Shown: positions 34,443 through 44,188, counted from the first letter of the stretch. The stretch: DNA of 64,000 bases from Capsulimonadaceae bacterium (GCA_965215505.1 OZ244065.1:4128001-4192000), one strand, 5' to 3'. The notes: generated by a model from the letters alone, not told the origin. Program-made: numbers and translations.

Positions 34443-37400
34443 TCGCGATCACGCCGCAAGACCTCGCGCGCGTCCAGGGCCGCGAAACCCTGTTCGCCTT
34501 CCTCCGTGACCGCCTGGACTGGCCCCTGGACCCCGCCGACACCTTCACCTACGATGAGCCGCTGCTGGATGGCACCACGCCCCATGTCACCGTCAGCCGC
34601 CTGGTCCCGTTCGGCGCGGGCGATCCGTTCCTCCTCCTGCTGGCCGAGTGGGAGACTCCCCTGCGCCGGGGCGAATTGCGTGAAGTCCTGCGCGCCGTCC
34701 GCGCCCGCATCCGCCGCGAAGGGGCCTATGGGGGCCGCGCCCTGGATGAGATCATTTTCGTCTGCCCCGCCGAAGAGTACAGATCGGTCTGGTTCGCCCA
34801 CTTCGAAGAGCGCGAAGGACGGCAGCCCAAGCTGGAAGCCTTCGGCTGGGAGGCCGACCGCCTGGACTCCACCCGGACACTGCGCGAGGTCAACCTGCCC
34901 GCCCTCGCCATGCCGCCCCTGAACCTCCTGGATGAGCCGGACTGGACATCGGGCTACCGGCAGTGGCTGGCCGCCTGGGACGTGGAAGCCGTCACCCGCG
35001 CCTTCTTCAAGGACTACCGGGAGGTCTTCGGCGGCGTCCGCGACGCGCTCCCGCCCGATTTCACCGGCGACCGGACCTTGTGGACGCAGCGGCTCTTCAA
35101 CCGGCTGCTGTTCATCCACTTTCTGTCCCAGAAGCGGGAAGGCTGGCTGCGCTTTGGGGGCAGCAAGGACTATTTGCGCGCCCTCTGGGACGGCCGGGAC
35201 CGGGCCGAGAACTTCTACCGTGCCCACCTGCGCCCGCTGTTCTTCACGGCCCTGAACAACAAGCATGTCCGCAGCCTGCGCGAAGACAACCCGACCCTGT
35301 ACGCCCTCATCGGGGACGTGCCGTACCTCAACGGCGGCCTGTTCGAAAAGGCCGACGACGATGACGCCGTGCTGGCCGTCCCCGATGAGGCCCTCCAGGC
35401 CGTCCTGAGCCTCTTCGGGCGCTACCGGTTCACCATCACCGAAAGCACGCCCGACGACGTGGAGGTGGCCGTGGACCCCGAAATGCTGGGCAAGGTCTTC
35501 GAGGAGCTTGTCACCGGCCGCCACGAGTCCGGCTCCTACTACACCCCCCGCCCCGTCGTCGCCTTCATGTGCCGCGAAGCACTCAAAGGATACCTGGGTG
35601 GCGGCCCGCCCATCGCCGCCCTCGTGGACGGGCGCAGCGCCGATGCCCTGACGCGCAAGGACGCCGCCGCCCTGCTGCACCGGCTGGCCGCCGTCCGCGT
35701 CGTGGACCCCGCCTGCGGGTCCGGCGCGTACCTCCTCGGCATGCTGCACGAGTTGTACGCGCTGACCGGCCTGCTGGAACTGCGCGCCGACCCGCTCTCC
35801 GCCCGGGACCAGTACAAGCGAAAGCTGGGCATCATCCAGAACGCCCTCTACGGCGTGGACCTCGACCCCTTCGCCGTCAACGTCGCCCGGCTCCGGCTGT
35901 GGCTCTCGCTCGCCGTGGAGCATACCGGGGACACCCCGGAGCCGCTGCCCAACCTCGACTTCAAAGTGGAGGTCGGCGACAGCCTCGCCGTCCCGCTCCC
36001 GCAGCGCGACCTGACCGGCGACATCTTCCGGCAGGCACAGCTCGACGAGTACAAGGCCGTCAAGCGCGAGTACGGCTCCCCCTACTGCATCGGGGATCGC
36101 AAGGCGCTGAGGGAGCAGATCGCCGGACTCAAGCGCGAACTCGCCGCCTGGGCGCACCCGCCGTCCAAGGGCAAGGAGGCCGCCCCCATCGCGGGCTTCG
36201 ACTGGCAGGTGGAGTTCGCCGAGGTCTTCACGACCGAGGAACCCCTGTCCGATGTGGGCGGGGCCATGAACTTCGGCGGGACGCTGGCTGAAGCGCCGAC
36301 GCCGGGCGGCTTCGACATCGTGCTGGCGAACCCGCCCTATGTCCGGCAGGAACTCATCACCGCCCAGAAGCCCGCCCTGAAAGCCGCCTACCCCGCCGTC
36401 TACAACGGCACCGCCGACCTGTATACCTACTTCTATGCCCGCGCCGTGCAGCTCCTGAAGCCCGGCGGGATGCTGGCGTTCATCTCGCCGAACAAGTGGT
36501 TCCGGGCAGGCTATGGGGCGAACCTGCGGCGCTACCTGGCGGAGACGTGCCGCGTGGACAGCATCACGGACTTCGGGGACCTGCCGGTCTTCCAGGCCGC
36601 GTCTACCTATCCTATGATCTTCATCGCTCAGAGAGAGGGCGGAGAGGGTGTCGTGAGATACACTATCGTCAAATCGTTAGAGCCACCCTATCCTGATCTG
36701 CTTACTGTCATTGCGAAGAATGGGCAAGCACTTCCATCAGGTGCCTTGCTTGGGGAGACATGGTCGTTCGCAGTAGGCACCCAAGCTGGCCTGATCCCCC
36801 GTCTCATCCGTGCTGGTGTTCCTCTTCGGGACTATGTTTCTTCACGCACCTACCGTGGTGTCACGACTGGTTTTAACAACGCCTTTGTCATAGACGGGGT
36901 AACTCGCTCACGTTTGATCGATGAGGACGAAAAGAGTGAAGACCTGATTAAACCTCTTGCGCTTGGACGCGACATTAGGCGGTGGACCATAGATAGGCAG
37001 AACAGATGGCTGATCTTTACCCGAAGGGGCGTTGACATCACTTCCTACCCCGCAATCAGGGAACATCTCGAAAGCTGGCAGAGCGAACTGACCCCTAAAG
37101 TAAATGCTGATGGGGTAGGCCGCAAGCCAGGAAATTATAAGTGGTACGAGATACAGGATGAAAGCGCCTACTACAAGGTCTTCGATGGTCCCAAGATTGT
37201 GTCCACGAAGGTATCTCTACGTCCCACGTTCTGCCTAGATTTCACAGGACATTATCTGGGCAACACCTCATATTGCTTTCCTGTCGTCAAAGATGCAAAC
37301 TATGTTTTAGGTGTTCTCAACTCAAGTACTTTCCTCGCCTACGCGAAAGAAGTGTTTGTCGAGAAGCTGAATGGATGGTATGAGGTCCAACCTAAGGGCT

Positions 37401-37549
37401 TAGAGGCTTTCCCTATCCCTCAAGCCTCAGACGCCGACCGGGCCGCCGTCGCCGCCCTCGTGCAGAAGTGCCTGGACGCCAAGGGGGTGGACTGCGGGGC
37501 GTGGGAGGCGGAGATCGACGCGCGGGTGGCCGCGCTGTACGGGCTGTGA
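34439..37549 (+). CDS. N6-adenine DNA methyltransferase with C-terminal TRD (Eco57I/Type IIG-like)
   Basis: PYLNGGLF, GSYYTPR, DPACGSG (motif I), NPPY (motif IV), TaqI-C-like tail; ATGA coupling to the helicase. Confidence 0.92.
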   Translation: MIAITPQDLARVQGRETLFAFLRDRLDWPLDPADTFTYDEPLLDGTTPHVTVSRLVPFGAGDPFLLLLAEWETPLRRGELREVLRAVRARIRREGAYGGRALDEIIFVCPAEEYRSVWFAHFEEREGRQPKLEAFGWEADRLDSTRTLREVNLPALAMPPLNLLDEPDWTSGYRQWLAAWDVEAVTRAFFKDYREVFGGVRDALPPDFTGDRTLWTQRLFNRLLFIHFLSQKREGWLRFGGSKDYLRALWDGRDRAENFYRAHLRPLFFTALNNKHVRSLREDNPTLYALIGDVPYLNGGLFEKADDDDAVLAVPDEALQAVLSLFGRYRFTITESTPDDVEVAVDPEMLGKVFEELVTGRHESGSYYTPRPVVAFMCREALKGYLGGGPPIAALVDGRSADALTRKDAAALLHRLAAVRVVDPACGSGAYLLGMLHELYALTGLLELRADPLSARDQYKRKLGIIQNALYGVDLDPFAVNVARLRLWLSLAVEHTGDTPEPLPNLDFKVEVGDSLAVPLPQRDLTGDIFRQAQLDEYKAVKREYGSPYCIGDRKALREQIAGLKRELAAWAHPPSKGKEAAPIAGFDWQVEFAEVFTTEEPLSDVGGAMNFGGTLAEAPTPGGFDIVLANPPYVRQELITAQKPALKAAYPAVYNGTADLYTYFYARAVQLLKPGGMLAFISPNKWFRAGYGANLRRYLAETCRVDSITDFGDLPVFQAASTYPMIFIAQREGGEGVVRYTIVKSLEPPYPDLLTVIAKNGQALPSGALLGETWSFAVGTQAGLIPRLIRAGVPLRDYVSSRTYRGVTTGFNNAFVIDGVTRSRLIDEDEKSEDLIKPLALGRDIRRWTIDRQNRWLIFTRRGVDITSYPAIREHLESWQSELTPKVNADGVGRKPGNYKWYEIQDESAYYKVFDGPKIVSTKVSLRPTFCLDFTGHYLGNTSYCFPVVKDANYVLGVLNSSTFLAYAKEVFVEKLNGWYEVQPKGLEAFPIPQASDADRAAVAALVQKCLDAKGVDCGAWEAEIDARVAALYGL

Positions 37550-37618
37550 GGGTATAATGGGGACACGATGCGGGGGGGCAGGAAGCCGCGAGGGAAGCCG
37601 CCCCGGAGGAAGCCTCAC

Positions 37619-37942
37619 ATGACGACCGTGACCATTGACGATGAACTCGCCGGACGCCTGCGCGCCCTGCGCGGCGAGGACTTCGACCGGGCGGTGGCGG
37701 AAGCCATCGCGGAGACGGTGCGCCGCTGGGAGTGGGAGGCGGCGGGCCGGGCCGAGATGCGGGCCTTGCTGGACGGGCCGCGCCACACGCCCGCCGAGGC
37801 CGACGACCGGGTCCGGCGCAAGTACGGCCTCCCCGACCTGTCCCACCTGACCGACGACGCGCTGGCCGATCAGGCGGAAGCCACCCTGGCGGGCCTCCCC
37901 CCGGAGAAGGTCGCGGAAGCGCGCCGCCTGGGCCTGGCATGA
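37619..37942 (+). CDS. Putative antitoxin
   Basis: MTTVTIDDELAGRL RHH-like start; GGAGG RBS; TATAAT at about 37553; coupled to the next ORF. Confidence 0.6.
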   Translation: MTTVTIDDELAGRLRALRGEDFDRAVAEAIAETVRRWEWEAAGRAEMRALLDGPRHTPAEADDRVRRKYGLPDLSHLTDDALADQAEATLAGLPPEKVAEARRLGLA

Positions 37943-38349
37943 GAGTCCCGGACAGCGAGGAGCCGGAGCCGCCCCAGCTCGTGGTCGTGGAAAGCGACCC
38001 CTTTGAAGCAGACCGGGACCGGGCGATCCTGTCCGTCAGCCGCCTCCTCGGCCCAAAGGCGGCGGGGGAATGGGCCTCGGGCCTGTCGCGGATCTTGAGT
38101 GCCCTGCCCGGCTTCCCCGGCCCGCTCTCCCACGCCCGAGACGAGGTGGCGTCGGCATTCTACGGCCGGGAGGTGCGTCGCCTGCTGTACTACGGCCCGA
38201 CCCGCCGCCGTTCCGGGACGCCCGTCCGCCTCCTCTTCGTGGTGCTGTCCCCCGACCCCGCCGAGCCGCCCGAGACGGCGGAATCCGTAGTCTTCTTGCT
38301 GCGCCTGCTGCATGGGGCGCAAGTCCTTCAGCCGGACGCTCCCTCATGA
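37939..38349 (+). CDS. RelE/ParE-like toxin
   Basis: VRRLLY...VRLLF...VFLLRLLHGAQ resembles the ParE C-terminal pattern; ATGA overlap. Confidence 0.65.
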   Translation: MRVPDSEEPEPPQLVVVESDPFEADRDRAILSVSRLLGPKAAGEWASGLSRILSALPGFPGPLSHARDEVASAFYGREVRRLLYYGPTRRRSGTPVRLLFVVLSPDPAEPPETAESVVFLLRLLHGAQVLQPDAPS

Positions 38350-38600
38350 CCATCACCCTGGACCTGACGCCCGAAGAACACGCCATCCTCCGCCGCCGCG
38401 CCGAAGCGGAGGGGACGGACATCGAGGCCGTCCTGCGCGGCCTCATCGCCCGGCTGACGCCGCCCCCTGCCTCAACCCTGATGCCGGGGGCCGTGCCGGA
38501 CGACCCGGAAGAGCGGGCCGAGCGCGACCGGGAGCGGGCGGAGGTTCAGGCGAACCTCGAACGCTGGCGCTCGGAGCAGGGGCGGCCCCCGTTGGGGTGA
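38346..38600 (+). CDS. Antitoxin-like small protein
   Basis: MTITLDLTPEEHAILRRRAEAEG RHH-like N-terminus; ATGA overlap. Confidence 0.65.
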   Translation: MTITLDLTPEEHAILRRRAEAEGTDIEAVLRGLIARLTPPPASTLMPGAVPDDPEERAERDRERAEVQANLERWRSEQGRPPLG

Positions 38601-38632
38601 GCGCTGCGGGGAAAGTAAGGCAGAGCAAGGCC

Positions 38633-39001
38633 ATGAAGACCATCAAGACTTACGCCTTCTGGGGGTGGCGCGGCGTGACCGCCGTCGTCTTCGCCGTCGT
38701 CTGCGTTCAGGTGGTGCGGGGCGGCTTCGGCAGCAGCCTGGGGGAACTGTCGCCTCGGGACATAGTCGGGGCCGTGCTCGCATACGGCTTGTGGGCGTTC
38801 TTCGCGCTGGGGTTCAGCGCCATCGTCGCCCTCCCCGGTGCCGCCCTTGGTGCGCTCCTCGGCTGGGCCGTGCAGCGGTCCCGACGTCCCGCCCCGCCGC
38901 CCCCCGCCCCTGCGGCGGAGGGGGGACAGGTCTGGCCCCCAACCCCCAGCACGAGCGCCGCGCGACCCCGCCTGCCGGATCAACCCGAGGACGGGCGGTA
39001 G
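38633..39001 (+). CDS. Small membrane protein
   Basis: 2-3 hydrophobic segments and Pro-rich tail (VWPPTP). Confidence 0.6.
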   Translation: MKTIKTYAFWGWRGVTAVVFAVVCVQVVRGGFGSSLGELSPRDIVGAVLAYGLWAFFALGFSAIVALPGAALGALLGWAVQRSRRPAPPPPAPAAEGGQVWPPTPSTSAARPRLPDQPEDGR

Positions 39002-39016
39002 ACCTTTGGAGGGGAG

Positions 39017-39214
39017 ATGTCAGACTTGATCCGCGCCCTCCTCTGCGGCCTCGGAATCGTGCTGGCCTGTCGCCGGCTGAGCCGACGCGCCCAAGCCAAA
39101 GAAGCAAAGACGCCGGGGGCGGCCCCCCGGCCTGAACGGGTGCGGGAAGCCCCCCAAGTAAGCCAAATCTCCGGGCGTCTCCTCGCCCGCCGCCGTCAGG
39201 TTTCGGGCCGGTAG
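39017..39214 (+). CDS. Small hypothetical protein
   Basis: GGAGG RBS, hydrophobic N-terminus, 65 aa. Confidence 0.35.
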   Translation: MSDLIRALLCGLGIVLACRRLSRRAQAKEAKTPGAAPRPERVREAPQVSQISGRLLARRRQVSGR

Positions 39215-39693
39215 CCTTCATCGGCGGGGAGGTCGTCGGCCTGGGAGGCGCGGACGGCCAGCACGTCGCAGCGCTCATTCTCCGGATGACCGGCGTGCCC
39301 CTTCACCCATTCGAACGCGACCTCATGCTGGGCGCACAGGTCGAGCAGCCGGCCCCACAGGTCCGTGTTGATGGCCTTGTCCTTCTTGTTCCGACGCCAG
39401 CCGTTCGCCCGCCACCGCTCCGCCCAGCCCTGGGTGATGCTCCCGGCGACGTACTGCGAGTCGGTGTAAACGACGACGGAACACCGGAAGCGCAGCGCCT
39501 CCAGCCCCGCGATCACGGCCATCAGCTCCATGCGGTTGTTGGTCGTCTGCCGGAATCCCGCCGACATCTCCTTCCGCTTCCCGCCCGATGTGAGGATGAG
39601 GCCGTAGCCGCCCGGCCCCGGATTCCCCGAACAGGCCCCGTCGGTGTAGAGAATGACGCGCTTCGGTCCACTCGTTTCAGTCGTTTCAGTCAT
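39196..39693 (-). CDS. rnhA: Ribonuclease HI
   Basis: [42 protein letters not shown]. Confidence 0.97.
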   Translation of the reverse strand: MTETTETSGPKRVILYTDGACSGNPGPGGYGLILTSGGKRKEMSAGFRQTTNNRMELMAVIAGLEALRFRCSVVVYTDSQYVAGSITQGWAERWRANGWRRNKKDKAINTDLWGRLLDLCAQHEVAFEWVKGHAGHPENERCDVLAVRASQADDLPADEGYRPET

Positions 39694-39903
39694 TGCCGCC
39701 TCTTCGCCGTGGGCCGTCCTGACTCCTGCTGTGGCTGCCATCGGTGCGGGGTCATCCAGTCGCCGGGCAGAAAAACTAGATGACCCTAAGCATCGGTGCA
39801 AAGATCAACGGTTCCCCCTGCAATTCTCATGCGGCGCTAATCCGCCGGTGTCATAATGGGGTGGTACGGCAATCATCCTGGAAAACAAGGGACCCCTTCA
39901 AAC

Positions 39904-40884
39904 ATGACACTCAGCCCACTCCTGACGCGGACGCTTCTGTCCGCCGCCCTCGGCCTGGCATCAGTCACGGCATTCGCGGGGCCGCCGCTCATCGCCCACG
40001 CCCCGATTACTGTCCCCGGCGGGCCGGGCGGCTTCGACTGGATGCTCGTGGACCGCGCCCAGAACCGGCTCTACGCCACCCACGGCGGCACCAAGACGCT
40101 GACGGTCCTGGACCTGAACACGGGGGCCGTGCGGAATGTCAACGCCGGGGCGGTTTCCGGCATCGCCGTGGACACTGCGGGCGGCCGGGTGTTTACGGGC
40201 GGGGCCGACCAGAAGCTCGTCATCCTGGACGACAAGACACTGGAAAAGACCGGCGAGGTCGCCGTCCCCGGCCCCATAGACGACATCCGGTACGACCCCA
40301 GGAATGGCCTGGTCTATGCCGCCCACGATGACGGCGCGGACGACTGGGCCATCGATGCCAGGGCGAAAAAGATCGTCGCGACCATCCCCGTCCCCGGTGC
40401 CCCCGAGGCGTTCGCCTACGATGCCGGGACGCGCCTGCTCTACCAGAACATCAAGCCCGCCGACTGCATGGACGTGATCGACCCCGCGACCAACAAGGTC
40501 GTCGCCACCTGGCCCACCCTCCCGGCGAAGGAGCCGCACGGGCTGGTCATAGACGATGCCACCAACCGCCTCTTCTCGGCGGGCTGGAACGGCTATCTGG
40601 CCGTCCTCAGCCTGAAGACGGGGAAAGTCGTCGCCTCGGTGGCGATCGCGCCGAACACCGACCAGATCGCGTTCGACCCCAAGCGGCGTCGCATCTACTG
40701 CGCCTCGCGCGGCTTCGTGTCGGTGGTCCAGGAGACGGCGGGGGGCGGCGTCCGGTCCCTGGGCGACGTGCCCTCCCCCAAGGGCGCGCACACGCTGGCC
40801 CTGGACCCGCTGACCGGTGACGTCTGGGTTTCCTACAGCGACGGGACCGCCAGCCACCTCCAGAAGTTCAGCGTCTCGGACTAG
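39904..40884 (+). CDS. Secreted YncE/YVTN-type beta-propeller protein
   Basis: Signal peptide; repeated VIDPATNKVVAT / IVATIPV blades. Confidence 0.82.
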   Translation: MTLSPLLTRTLLSAALGLASVTAFAGPPLIAHAPITVPGGPGGFDWMLVDRAQNRLYATHGGTKTLTVLDLNTGAVRNVNAGAVSGIAVDTAGGRVFTGGADQKLVILDDKTLEKTGEVAVPGPIDDIRYDPRNGLVYAAHDDGADDWAIDARAKKIVATIPVPGAPEAFAYDAGTRLLYQNIKPADCMDVIDPATNKVVATWPTLPAKEPHGLVIDDATNRLFSAGWNGYLAVLSLKTGKVVASVAIAPNTDQIAFDPKRRRIYCASRGFVSVVQETAGGGVRSLGDVPSPKGAHTLALDPLTGDVWVSYSDGTASHLQKFSVSD

Positions 40885-41138
40885 CCCCGGAGGGTGTGAT
40901 GGTGGCGGTGCCCCCGGTGCGCGTGGGTCAGCCAGGAGCGGCAGCCGTGGGCCGGGCCGTGCCCGTGCTGGATCAGCACCGGCGCGGCCAGAGCCAGGGC
41001 TACGAGGAGGAGGGCGGCCCGGAGGTAGCCGCGCCGCCGCCGCGCCTCCCTCCTATAGACCTGATGGGCCGCCACCTTCCGGCGGATCTCGTCGGGGGTG
41101 GAGTTCTGGTGCTGGTTTGTCTCGCCCGGTTCACCCAT
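40881..41138 (-). CDS. Small single-TM protein with His-rich tail
   Basis: 85 aa; TGCTATAAT 10 nt upstream of the ATG. Confidence 0.5.
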   Translation of the reverse strand: MGEPGETNQHQNSTPDEIRRKVAAHQVYRREARRRRGYLRAALLLVALALAAPVLIQHGHGPAHGCRSWLTHAHRGHRHHHTLRG

Positions 41139-41187
41139 GATGGACCCATTATAGCAGGCTAACATTAGACGAGCATTAAACGGACAT

Positions 41188-41211
41188 CAGCCACCCCCTG
41201 CGGGGTGGCTG
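41188..41211 (-). terminator. Hairpin downstream of the kinase operon
   Basis: CAGCCACCCC-CTGC-GGGGTGGCTG 10-bp stem; weak U-tract. Confidence 0.5.
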
Positions 41212-41237
41212 TGTGCTGCTCGGGGGTGTTCATCCGC

Positions 41238-42968
41238 TCAGGGCGCGAACTCCACGTCTTCAACGGCGACGCCGGGGGCCGGCTGCCCGTCCCGGACGGC
41301 GGGGGCGTACCGCCAGCGCCCGACCGCATCGAGCGCCGCGTCGTCCAGCGCGCGGCTGCCCGACGAGTGCAGGATGTCGGCCTCGGTCACCTCGCCGCGC
41401 TCGTCCACGCTCAGGCGGACGCGGACCGTCGTGTCGGTCCGGTCCAGGTCGTCCACGGGGAGCGGCATGGGGCGCGAAAGCGGCTTGGGCGGCGCGTCCA
41501 TGGGAGCTTGGGCTGCCGGGGAGTCCGTCTCGTCCGGTCCCCGCCCCTGCTCGTCCGGCTCCCGTTCCTCCCGGCCGGCGGCGACACGGATGACCGGCCG
41601 CGCCGGAGGGACCGGTGCGGGCGCAGTCAGGCGCGCGGCCTGGATCTGCGGGGACCGTGAGGCGCGCGTGAGCAGGGCGGAACGGAGCGGATGAGGAAAC
41701 GCGCTCGTGCCCGGCCTCCCCTCCACGATCCGCACGAACAGGCCATCGCCTTCTTTGCGGCGGAGCGCAGAGGCAGACGCCGCAGCCCGGACGGGGGCGT
41801 GTGCCTGCCGCTTCGCACCCCGGACGACCCCGCCCGCATCAACGCGCCGGACAGGGTGGGAAGGCAGGGGCGACCTCTCCGCCTGACGGGCGGCAGCCGT
41901 CCGAGGCGATGCCTGCGGCGCGCGTCCGATGAGAAAGGGGAGGGCCGCGAGCGAGGCGAGCGCCAGCCCGCCGAGGCCGACCGCGCCCAGCCGAGACAGG
42001 CGGCGGCGCGGACGGAAGGCCGCCACGCCGAGCGACGCCCGCGCCAGGCGCTGGGTTGCGATGCTCGGGGCGGGCACCGCGAACGACGTCAGCTTCCGCA
42101 GGGCCTGGGCGAACGCCCCGGCGTCCGGGTAGCGCGCGCCGGGGTTCTTTGCTAATGCCTTCGTCAGAACGCGCCGCAGCCGCCGGTCGGCGACGGCGCG
42201 CAGGTCCGGGTCCTGATGGAGAATCTTCTGCATCAGGGCGGGGAGCGTCTCCGCCTCGAACGGCTTCACGCCGGTCACCATCTCGGCCAGCGTGACGGCC
42301 AGGGCGAAGACGTCGGTCCGCGCGTCCGGCGGCAGGCCGTGGATCTGCTCCGGGGACAGATAGGCCGGCGACCCGATGATCATGCCGTCCTGGGTCAAGG
42401 CCCGGTCCGATGCCATATGGGCGACCCCGAAGTCCATCAGCTTCGGCGTCGCCTCCTCCACGCCGTCGCCCGCCAGAAAGATGTTGTCCGGCTTGACGTC
42501 CCGGTGGACGATGCCCCGGCCATGCGCGTAGTGCAGCGCCTCGGCCACCCGCACCCCGATGGCGACCGCGACCGGGGTGGAAAGGACGGCTTCCCGGCGC
42601 AGCCGGCGGCGCAACGTCTCGCCCGGAAGGTGTTCCATGGCGATGAACTGCCGGCCGTCTTCCCCCAGGCCGACATCGTAGATGGCGACGATGTTCGGGT
42701 GCGAGAGGGTGGAAACCGCCTGCGCTTCCCGGCGGAACCGCTCTTCCAGATCGCGCCTACGCCCCTCGTCCGGGGTCTGCGGGAGGAAGACCTTCAGCGC
42801 GACCTCGCGGTGGCGGCGGCCGTCGTAGGCGGCGTAGACGACGGAGGAACAGCCCCGTCCGAGTTCCCGTCCCAGCCGGTAGTGGCCGAAATTGGGGATG
42901 CCGCTGCCCCCCCCGGCGGCGACAATGTTCTCCGCATCCTGCCCTGCGCTTTTTTCCTGAAGGTACAT
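41238..42968 (-). CDS. Hanks-type Ser/Thr kinase - TM - TonB C-terminal domain fusion
   Basis: GRGCSS, VALK, HRDVKPDN, DFG, YLSPE; TM segment; C-terminal VRVRLSVDERGEV...SSGSRALDDAALDAVGRWRYAPA. Confidence 0.88.
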   Translation of the reverse strand: MYLQEKSAGQDAENIVAAGGGSGIPNFGHYRLGRELGRGCSSVVYAAYDGRRHREVALKVFLPQTPDEGRRRDLEERFRREAQAVSTLSHPNIVAIYDVGLGEDGRQFIAMEHLPGETLRRRLRREAVLSTPVAVAIGVRVAEALHYAHGRGIVHRDVKPDNIFLAGDGVEEATPKLMDFGVAHMASDRALTQDGMIIGSPAYLSPEQIHGLPPDARTDVFALAVTLAEMVTGVKPFEAETLPALMQKILHQDPDLRAVADRRLRRVLTKALAKNPGARYPDAGAFAQALRKLTSFAVPAPSIATQRLARASLGVAAFRPRRRLSRLGAVGLGGLALASLAALPFLIGRAPQASPRTAAARQAERSPLPSHPVRRVDAGGVVRGAKRQAHAPVRAAASASALRRKEGDGLFVRIVEGRPGTSAFPHPLRSALLTRASRSPQIQAARLTAPAPVPPARPVIRVAAGREEREPDEQGRGPDETDSPAAQAPMDAPPKPLSRPMPLPVDDLDRTDTTVRVRLSVDERGEVTEADILHSSGSRALDDAALDAVGRWRYAPAVRDGQPAPGVAVEDVEFAP

Positions 42969-43042
42969 CTCTGCGTCTTTCTCCCGGAACGGCGTCCGTC
43001 CCGTTCTTGGAGACGACTGAAATCCCCCGCCGGTTCCCGGCC

Positions 43043-44035
43043 TCAGCGGAACGCCAGGACCAGCAGCGCCAGCAATGCCAAAACAGCCAGCGCGATCAGG
43101 ACGCGGCGCAAGGGGAACGAGCGGTCCCTCGGCGTCACGCGGGCGGGCGGGGCGGCTGGCATGTCAGGGGGCGGGCCAGGCGAGTCACCGAGGGCCGCGC
43201 GGAAATGTTCTGCCAGTGCGCCCGCGGAGGGATAGCGCCGGGCCGGGTCTTTCGCCAGGGCGCGGCCCAGGACCGCCTGGACAGCGGACGGCAAGGCCCT
43301 CAAAGGGGGCGGGTCCGCCGTCGTGATCTGTTCCAGGACCGCCGCGATCCGGCTGCCGCCGAACGGCGGGCGGCCCGCCAGCATCTCGTAGAGGACCACG
43401 CCCAGCGCCCAGACGTCGCCCGCCGGCCCGACCTCCTCGCCGTTGATCTGCTCCGGAGCCATGTAGGTGGGTGAGCCGACCATCATGTCCGCCTGCGTCA
43501 CGACCGTGTCGTCCTCCTGGCGGGCGAGGCCGAAGTCCATCAGCTTGACCGTCCCGTCCAGTTGGAGCATGAAACTGCCCGGCTTGATGTCCCGGTGGAT
43601 GACGCCCGCCGCGTGGACGGCGTCCAGGCCCGCCGCCGCCTGGCCCAGAACGTGCGCGGCCTCGTCCAGCGGGAGCGGCCCCTTTTGCAGCCGCTCCCGC
43701 AATGTCCGGCCCGTCAGGAACTCCATCACCAGGTAGGGCCGCCCCTCCTCGCGCCCGACCTCGTGGATCGTGACGAGATTCGGGTGCGCGAGCCGGGAAA
43801 CCACCCGCGCCTCCCGCTCCATCCGCGCCGCCCGCTCCCGCATCCCCATCGTCTCCGGCACGGCGAGGACCTTGATGGCGACCCTGCGCCCCACCTGCGC
43901 GTCCACGGCCTCCCAGACGGTGGACAGGGCGCTGCGGTCCATCTCGCGCAGGAGGCGGTAGTGAACGAACATCTCCGGCGCGTCCCGCCGGTCGGGAGCG
44001 TCCCGCCGTGCGCTGCTGGTTTGCTTGTCTTCCAT
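43043..44035 (-). CDS. Ser/Thr kinase-like protein with C-terminal membrane anchor and degenerate motifs
   Basis: VAIK, HRDIKPGS, DFG, YMAPE present; Gly-rich loop replaced by MDRSALS. Confidence 0.88.
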   Translation of the reverse strand: MEDKQTSSARRDAPDRRDAPEMFVHYRLLREMDRSALSTVWEAVDAQVGRRVAIKVLAVPETMGMRERAARMEREARVVSRLAHPNLVTIHEVGREEGRPYLVMEFLTGRTLRERLQKGPLPLDEAAHVLGQAAAGLDAVHAAGVIHRDIKPGSFMLQLDGTVKLMDFGLARQEDDTVVTQADMMVGSPTYMAPEQINGEEVGPAGDVWALGVVLYEMLAGRPPFGGSRIAAVLEQITTADPPPLRALPSAVQAVLGRALAKDPARRYPSAGALAEHFRAALGDSPGPPPDMPAAPPARVTPRDRSFPLRRVLIALAVLALLALLVLAFR

Positions 44036-44188
44036 GGCATCACCATACCCAGGAACGGCCCGCCAAACCCGCGAATCTCAGCCCCCTGCGGCTGGCCCGC
44101 CGCTCCCGTATCCGTCTCGGCAGCATTTTTGGTATAATGCCGTTGCCGGAAGACACCCGGCCGGATTTGGAGGAAACGGTTAGGTCCC

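Noticed and set aside
31215-37549. Complete DISARM or BREX system
   Set aside because: No drmA/drmB (DUF1998), pglZ or brxC genes nearby
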